DNA of 19,722 bases from Bdellovibrionota bacterium FG-2 (GTDB lineage Bacteria > Bdellovibrionota > UBA1018): the NCBI GenBank assembly GCA_051382305.1, contig JBBCAV010000399.1, forward strand, positions 1 through 19,722. Direction: 5' to 3'. The position numbers and the translations under genes were made by a program. Position 1 is the first letter of the stretch. Each line of letters begins with the position of its first letter. Of the stretch, positions 14,996-19,722 are shown one piece after another. Below the pieces are notes generated by a model. That model was not told the origin of the DNA and did no database searches. It saw nothing but the letters and a program-made list of their open reading frames with translations.

Positions 14996-16966
14996 ATGGC
15001 CTCTAGTAAAATACGCCTTTGGCCCACAGCATTAGCATGTCTCGTGATTTCTGGTGTCTTAGCGCATTTTCTTGCCGTTTTCCTGAACGACACCTTTCTC
15101 AAGGCGCCTACTCCGGATCTGATTGCCGCGACCTTCGTCCCCTCGCAAGTGCCTGGCTGCCGCCCAGAGCCAATGGAATTTTTGAGTTACTTTTCATTCA
15201 GCGCACTTGCGCCGCTGCTTTTTCTTGGAAGCTTTGGATTCTTAAGTCTTTCGACAAGCTTGCGCGCCAAACAGCTTGCCTTGGCGATCAGCGCTCAATT
15301 TATTGGTCTCATTTTCATTTTCTACAACCTCGTCATACAAAATCGTGAGGTTCGGTATGTCTTAGATTATCGAGTTGCGCTGAGGACCCTTTTACAGGGA
15401 TCTGCTATTTTTCTAATTCTTTACGCACTGAAAAGTCGTACAAAACTTTTTCAATTATCTAGCACCCGATGGCTTCCGCACATTCTTGGCGTTTTTTTCT
15501 GCGTCCTCCGCCTCCTCCCATCCGTTTTTACCAATGAGACACTCGACGCCGCCTTTGGAACTGTCACTTATCATCTCGCTTTTACCATGGGTGAATTCGC
15601 GGCCGCGGTTAACGGTCGAGTTCCCCACGTGGATTTTGATCCACTTTATCAGCATCTTTTACCCATTGTTGCGCAGCCCTATTTTGCACTCTTTGGCTTG
15701 AGCGTGGGGAGCTTCACATGTCTGATGGGTTGGCTTTCGCTGCTCGCATTTTTATGTATATTTTTCGTTCTGCTTCGACTCACCAAAAGACCTTGGCTTG
15801 CACTTGGCTGTCAGATTCTTTTTGTTGCGATGAGCACCTACGCTTCGGCGTCAGGGCCTGGCGGAAACCTTCTCAACCCTTTCAACTACTACGCCGTAGG
15901 TCCTCTACGCTACTTCGGTCCCTACGTGCTCCTCGCCGTGACCACCGCGTTTCTAAAACCTTCGCGAGTGAGACTCGCGCCACTTGGGCTTGGTTTTTGT
16001 GGAACGCTTGTCGCGCTAAACAACCTCGACTTCGGCCTTCCCGCCCTGGGTGCCGCCGCAATCGCCTTTGGGGTTTGGCTTTTCCAAACCACCCATCAAA
16101 ACGCGAGGTCTCTCCTTTTTGCGCTACTTGAATTTGTTTTGGCATCTTTTTTGGGTCTGCTCGTCTATGCGCTTACGCTACGAAGCCTGGGTGGTGAATG
16201 GCCCCATTTAGGAGAAGTTTTTCAATTTCAAAAGTACTTCGGTTATTTTGGTTACGGCATGACACCCCTTGCACCATTCGGACTTCACTGGATAGTGTCG
16301 CTCACCTTTTTTGCAGCCGTTGTGACGGGACTCATAAGAGACAAAAAGGAACACGCTTTCGCCAATGCCGTTTTGCTTTATTGCGGGGTTTTCGGGACTG
16401 GCGCTTTAAGCTACTACATTGGACGGTCCTACCCTGAAGTCATCCTCTCTCTTTTTTCCATTTGGTCGCTGACAACGCTGGTTTTGGCCACTGAGTGGTT
16501 CATCTCTATTCGTAAAACCTGGAGATTTTCGCTAGAAACGTGGCTACCAAGCCTTACACTCGGTCTGCTGCTGACTTTGTTTTTGGCCGCTGTCGCCGAG
16601 GCACCCTCACCCCTGGAACAAGTGAGTCGACTCACTCAAAGGTCAGAAAGCCTAAACAAGTCTAGGGCCACATCGGTTTCTTTGATTCAGAAATACACGA
16701 CCCCAGGTGAAAACGTCGCAATCCTTTTTACGCACGGTCATTGGCTAGCACACGAGGCTGGGGTTAATAACCTGTTTTTCTTGGCTCATCCCATTTCGAT
16801 TTTTCTTAAGGAACAAGAAGTAAAATTGTTCGCGCTCGTAGATTCCGAAAAGATAAATGCCGTTTTCGGCACTATCGCTCCAGCCATTCAGGCGGGACTT
16901 CTTCATAAAGGGTTTCAGTTAGTAGAAACATCCGGAGATTTTGAGATATGGCACAGACGTCCCTAA
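14996..16966 (+). CDS. Large polytopic membrane protein, possibly a GT-C-fold glycosyltransferase
   Basis: 656 aa with many TM helices, a loop motif GRVPHVDFDPLY resembling G..P..DF...Y loops of GT-C-like proteins, and a soluble C-terminal domain (TTPGENVAIL). Confidence 0.6.
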   Translation: MASSKIRLWPTALACLVISGVLAHFLAVFLNDTFLKAPTPDLIAATFVPSQVPGCRPEPMEFLSYFSFSALAPLLFLGSFGFLSLSTSLRAKQLALAISAQFIGLIFIFYNLVIQNREVRYVLDYRVALRTLLQGSAIFLILYALKSRTKLFQLSSTRWLPHILGVFFCVLRLLPSVFTNETLDAAFGTVTYHLAFTMGEFAAAVNGRVPHVDFDPLYQHLLPIVAQPYFALFGLSVGSFTCLMGWLSLLAFLCIFFVLLRLTKRPWLALGCQILFVAMSTYASASGPGGNLLNPFNYYAVGPLRYFGPYVLLAVTTAFLKPSRVRLAPLGLGFCGTLVALNNLDFGLPALGAAAIAFGVWLFQTTHQNARSLLFALLEFVLASFLGLLVYALTLRSLGGEWPHLGEVFQFQKYFGYFGYGMTPLAPFGLHWIVSLTFFAAVVTGLIRDKKEHAFANAVLLYCGVFGTGALSYYIGRSYPEVILSLFSIWSLTTLVLATEWFISIRKTWRFSLETWLPSLTLGLLLTLFLAAVAEAPSPLEQVSRLTQRSESLNKSRATSVSLIQKYTTPGENVAILFTHGHWLAHEAGVNNLFFLAHPISIFLKEQEVKLFALVDSEKINAVFGTIAPAIQAGLLHKGFQLVETSGDFEIWHRRP

Positions 16967-17769
16967 ACGACTTCGTTCTCTCTTAACCTCAACACTGACC
17001 GCGCGCGCCCACTGGATTCATCGATATCAACGATCAGCGCGCAATATCCCCCTGGACCCTCGGCCGGATCGTACTTGGCGGGGCGTTTAGTAATAAATTT
17101 CTGAATTGAAATTTCTTTCTTCACGCCAATCACCGAATCGTAACAACCACACATTCCCACATCCGTGATCGCCGCAGTGCCACCCTTTAAGACTCGCTCG
17201 TCTGAAGTTTGAACATGCGAATGCGTTCCGATCACGGCACTAACTCGACCGTCCAAGAAATTTGCGAGGGCCTGCTTCTCCGAACTCGCCTCGGCATGAA
17301 AATCAACAACGATGTTATGAATCCCAAGATCACCGAGCTTCTCCACTTCTTTTTCGGCCGCGCGAAACGGACAGTCCAGCGCATCCATAAACACGCGACC
17401 CATCACCTGAATAACTCCTAGTTTCAAAGCCGAGTTACGCTTGGATTCGACCACCGTGAAACCGCGGCCCGGGGCCTTGAATTGCGGATGATCCGGATAA
17501 TTCAAGGGACGAATAATACGCGTCGTCGTCCCCATATACGGAATAATCTGCTTCTGATCCCAAACATGGTTGCCCGTCGTAATCACATCGACTCCAAAAT
17601 CCAAAAACTCCTGCGCCATTTCGGGCGTAAGTCCATTACCGTGACAGAGATTCTCGCCATTCATAATGACAAAATCGACCCCATGCGCGAGAACGTGTTT
17701 CTTCATGGCATACTTGACTGCGTCGCGCCCAGGGCGAGAATAAACGTCACCAAAAAAGAGGACTTTCAT
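16963..17769 (-). CDS. ymdB: YmdB-like (TIGR00282) metallophosphoesterase
   Basis: GDV, NGEN, TTGNHVWD, RPLNYP, VDFHAEASSEK, GTHSHVQT and TDVGM.G..DSVIG. Confidence 0.95.
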   Translation of the reverse strand: MKVLFFGDVYSRPGRDAVKYAMKKHVLAHGVDFVIMNGENLCHGNGLTPEMAQEFLDFGVDVITTGNHVWDQKQIIPYMGTTTRIIRPLNYPDHPQFKAPGRGFTVVESKRNSALKLGVIQVMGRVFMDALDCPFRAAEKEVEKLGDLGIHNIVVDFHAEASSEKQALANFLDGRVSAVIGTHSHVQTSDERVLKGGTAAITDVGMCGCYDSVIGVKKEISIQKFITKRPAKYDPAEGPGGYCALIVDIDESSGRARSVLRLRENEVV

Positions 17770-18110
17770 GGCTTCAGCACTTCAAAATGAGACTCCGCAG
17801 AAGGCGCAAGTGTGCCTTTCTCCAAAAGAACGGAGAGACGAGAAATCTTCTCTTCAACCTGCTGTTTGAATTCCACCGTCCGCTGCTTTGATTTCACATA
17901 CTCTTCGGCAAGATCCACGAGGGCTAGAACTGCAATATGATGAGGGGACAAATTTCTCGCGCGCAATTCAATGACTGCAATCTTTCGGGCGACCAAATCA
18001 ATCGTTTCACGCGCCAGCTCTGGATCAAGCCCCGTCGCTTTGAGCGGGACTTTTTGCCCGGCAATGCGGATCTCCCAAGTGCCTTTGTCTCCTGGATTCG
18101 CCGGTTTCAT
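17766..18110 (-). CDS. zapA: Cell division protein ZapA
   Basis: EIRIAGQKVPLK beta-hairpin, IAVLALVDLAEEY helix and coiled-coil tail. ATG 18110 overlaps the thiolase TGA (ATGA) with SD GGAG, and the position upstream of ymdB fits. Confidence 0.8.
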   Translation of the reverse strand: MKPANPGDKGTWEIRIAGQKVPLKATGLDPELARETIDLVARKIAVIELRARNLSPHHIAVLALVDLAEEYVKSKQRTVEFKQQVEEKISRLSVLLEKGTLAPSAESHFEVLKP

Positions 18111-19291
18111 AGCCGCTCCACAATCAGTGCGATCCCCTGACCTCCCCCAATACAAGCAGAGCCCAAGCCATAGCGCTTACCGCGACGTTTAAGTTCATAC
18201 AACAAATGCATGATAATTCGCGTTCCGCTCGCAGCAAGGGGGTGCCCAATCGCCACCGCGCCGCCATTGACGTTATAAACGTCATCGGAGATGCCTAACT
18301 CCTTTTGAACCGCAAGCGCTTGAGATGAAAAAGCTTCGTTCACTTCGACCAAATCCATTTGGCCCATTGTCATTCCTGCTCGTTTCAAGGCTTGCTGAGC
18401 AGCGGGCACAGGACCGATTCCCATGACAGTCGGATCGCAACCACTGATCCCATAGGCGACCATTCGCCCCAAGGGCGCAAGGTTATTTTGTTTTGCGTAG
18501 GACTCCGTACTCACCACCATCGCGGCGGCTCCATCGACGATTCCACTCGCATTGCCGGCGGTCACGACGCCATCTTTTTTGAAAACGGGTCTCAATTTCC
18601 CCAAAGACTCCATCGTTGCATCCCCCTTGGGGTGCTCGTCTTTTGAAAGTGAAGTCGAATTTCCCTTGCGATCCACAATCGCGTAAGGAGCAATCTCATC
18701 GTTGAACCGGCCTTCGGCCTGGGCTTCTTTGTACTTGGTTTGACTCCGAAGTGCGAAAGCGTCTGTTTGTTCACGAGTGATCTTGTACTGCTCAGCCAAC
18801 TTCTCAGCCGTCAAAGCCATTGGGGTTCCGATATAAGAATCCGTCAGCGAGTCCATCATGACATCAGCCACTTGTTGATGACCCATTTTCGTGCCCCAAC
18901 GAACTCCACGAAGGGCATAGGGAGTGAGACTCATGTTCTCCACGCCACCCACCAAAGCGACTTGCGTATCGCCTGCCAGCATTTGATGATACGCTTCGAC
19001 GATCACCTGAAATCCCGTGCCGCAAAGACGATTAATTCCCAGGGCTGGAACCGCCTGGGGCACCCCAAGCTTGAGCCCAATATGCCGCGGGATATAAATT
19101 GTGTCCGCCGTCGAGTACAAAACGTTCCCAAAAATGACGTGATCAATGTCCTTAGGTTCTAGACGCGCCTGCTCCAAAGCCGCCTTGGAAGCTGCCACCG
19201 AAAGTTCAGTGGGATGGGCGTCCTTAAGCGAACCGCCGTTTGCGCCAAAAAGGGTCCGTTTTCCAGATAAAAACACAAGTGATTCAGCCAT
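18107..19291 (-). CDS. Acetyl-CoA C-acyltransferase (thiolase)
   Basis: NRLCG (catalytic Cys), NEAF, GHPLAASG and CIGGGQG motifs, with SD GAGGAG. Confidence 0.97.
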   Translation of the reverse strand: MAESLVFLSGKRTLFGANGGSLKDAHPTELSVAASKAALEQARLEPKDIDHVIFGNVLYSTADTIYIPRHIGLKLGVPQAVPALGINRLCGTGFQVIVEAYHQMLAGDTQVALVGGVENMSLTPYALRGVRWGTKMGHQQVADVMMDSLTDSYIGTPMALTAEKLAEQYKITREQTDAFALRSQTKYKEAQAEGRFNDEIAPYAIVDRKGNSTSLSKDEHPKGDATMESLGKLRPVFKKDGVVTAGNASGIVDGAAAMVVSTESYAKQNNLAPLGRMVAYGISGCDPTVMGIGPVPAAQQALKRAGMTMGQMDLVEVNEAFSSQALAVQKELGISDDVYNVNGGAVAIGHPLAASGTRIIMHLLYELKRRGKRYGLGSACIGGGQGIALIVERL

Positions 19292-19364
19292 TTTAGGGTC
19301 TCCTCAAGAGGTATGAAGGTGATTTTCCCAAGCATACCGCTTGGAGTAGGCAATTTCTACCCCT

Positions 19365-19393
19365 TTGCAACATGAAAGTTTTCCAGGCATACT
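19365..19393 (+). promoter_or_regulatory. Putative sigma70 promoter TTGCAA-N17-CATACT
   Basis: Canonical spacing, followed by SD GGGAGG (19402-19407) and ATG 19415. Confidence 0.5.
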
Positions 19394-19414
19394 CTAACAG
19401 AGGGAGGCAAAGGA

Positions 19415-19722
19415 ATGCCGAACGATATTACCGGCGGGCTGCGAGCAGTCACGGGTGAAGAAGCCCGACTTCGCACCTACCGAAATCAAGTCGAACATAA
19501 CCACACCATGGAGCTTGATGACATGGAAGGCAAGTTCAATGAGGAGCGTGCGCGTATTGCCGAAAGCCACGATCTTCAGCTCGAGCAGCTTCGCAAAAAT
19601 TATGATGTCAAAATCTCTCAAGAAGGTGAAATGCTGGATCGCAGTCTCAAAGAGATTCGTGATCGCACCCAAGAAAAAGTAAAATCCGAAACAAAAGGTT
19701 CAGAAGAAGAACTCACCAAAGT
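19415..19722 (+). CDS. Coiled-coil-rich hypothetical protein, N-terminal part (runs off window; missing from ORF track)
   Basis: MPNDITGGLRAVTGEEARLRTYRNQVEHNHTMELDDMEGKFNEERARIAESHDLQLEQLRKNYDVKISQE... is open to the window end, E/K/R/Q-rich, with a strong SD. Confidence 0.82.
   Translation, partial: MPNDITGGLRAVTGEEARLRTYRNQVEHNHTMELDDMEGKFNEERARIAESHDLQLEQLRKNYDVKISQEGEMLDRSLKEIRDRTQEKVKSETKGSEEELTK

Noticed and set aside
18111-18155. Longer zapA N-terminus in the track
   Set aside because: It lies inside the thiolase C-terminus. ATG 18110 has an SD and an ATGA coupling.
19394-19682. Track ORFs 19394..19672 (-) and 19455..19682 (+)
   Set aside because: They are shadows of the real open frame starting at ATG 19415, which runs off the window.
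1-19722. CRISPR array, tRNA, rRNA, 6S RNA, riboswitch or prophage genes
   Set aside because: No spaced repeats or recognisable RNA gene motifs were seen, intergenic gaps are all short (up to about 120 bp), and no phage hallmark proteins were recognised. A covariance-model search was not run.

Overview
A 19.7 kb, compact bacterial chromosomal segment of roughly balanced GC, mostly housekeeping and accessory genes. Gene content and style suggest a Bdellovibrionota/deltaproteobacterial-type organism, which is an inference only. Order: 3' end of an IS66-family transposase whose right end abuts, and apparently decapitates, an XRE-HTH (HigA-like) gene; an ISC-type 2Fe-2S ferredoxin with a (GAA)8 poly-Glu tract; an unannotated 48-aa very basic protein; a beta-barrel protein; lon behind a sigma54-like promoter plus a DUF2267-like gene; nth; a PGK homologue that has lost most 3-phosphoglycerate-binding residues; tpiA; a receiver-like/HATPase-like protein; a second beta-barrel protein; a GT4 glycosyltransferase overlapping an amylo-alpha-1,6-glucosidase-like gene; a GYG K+ channel with a coupled stand-alone cNMP-binding protein; two membrane proteins; thiolase-zapA-ymdB (no rny or 6S RNA in between); and the start of a coiled-coil protein. 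No rRNA, tRNA or CRISPR array was seen. The most notable items are the probable pseudo-enzyme PGK and its 20-bp symmetric divergent leaderless promoter shared with nth, the small basic protein, the K+ channel/cNMP pair under a sigma28-like promoter, and the IS66 insertion. All family assignments come from motif recognition by eye, and no database searches were run.
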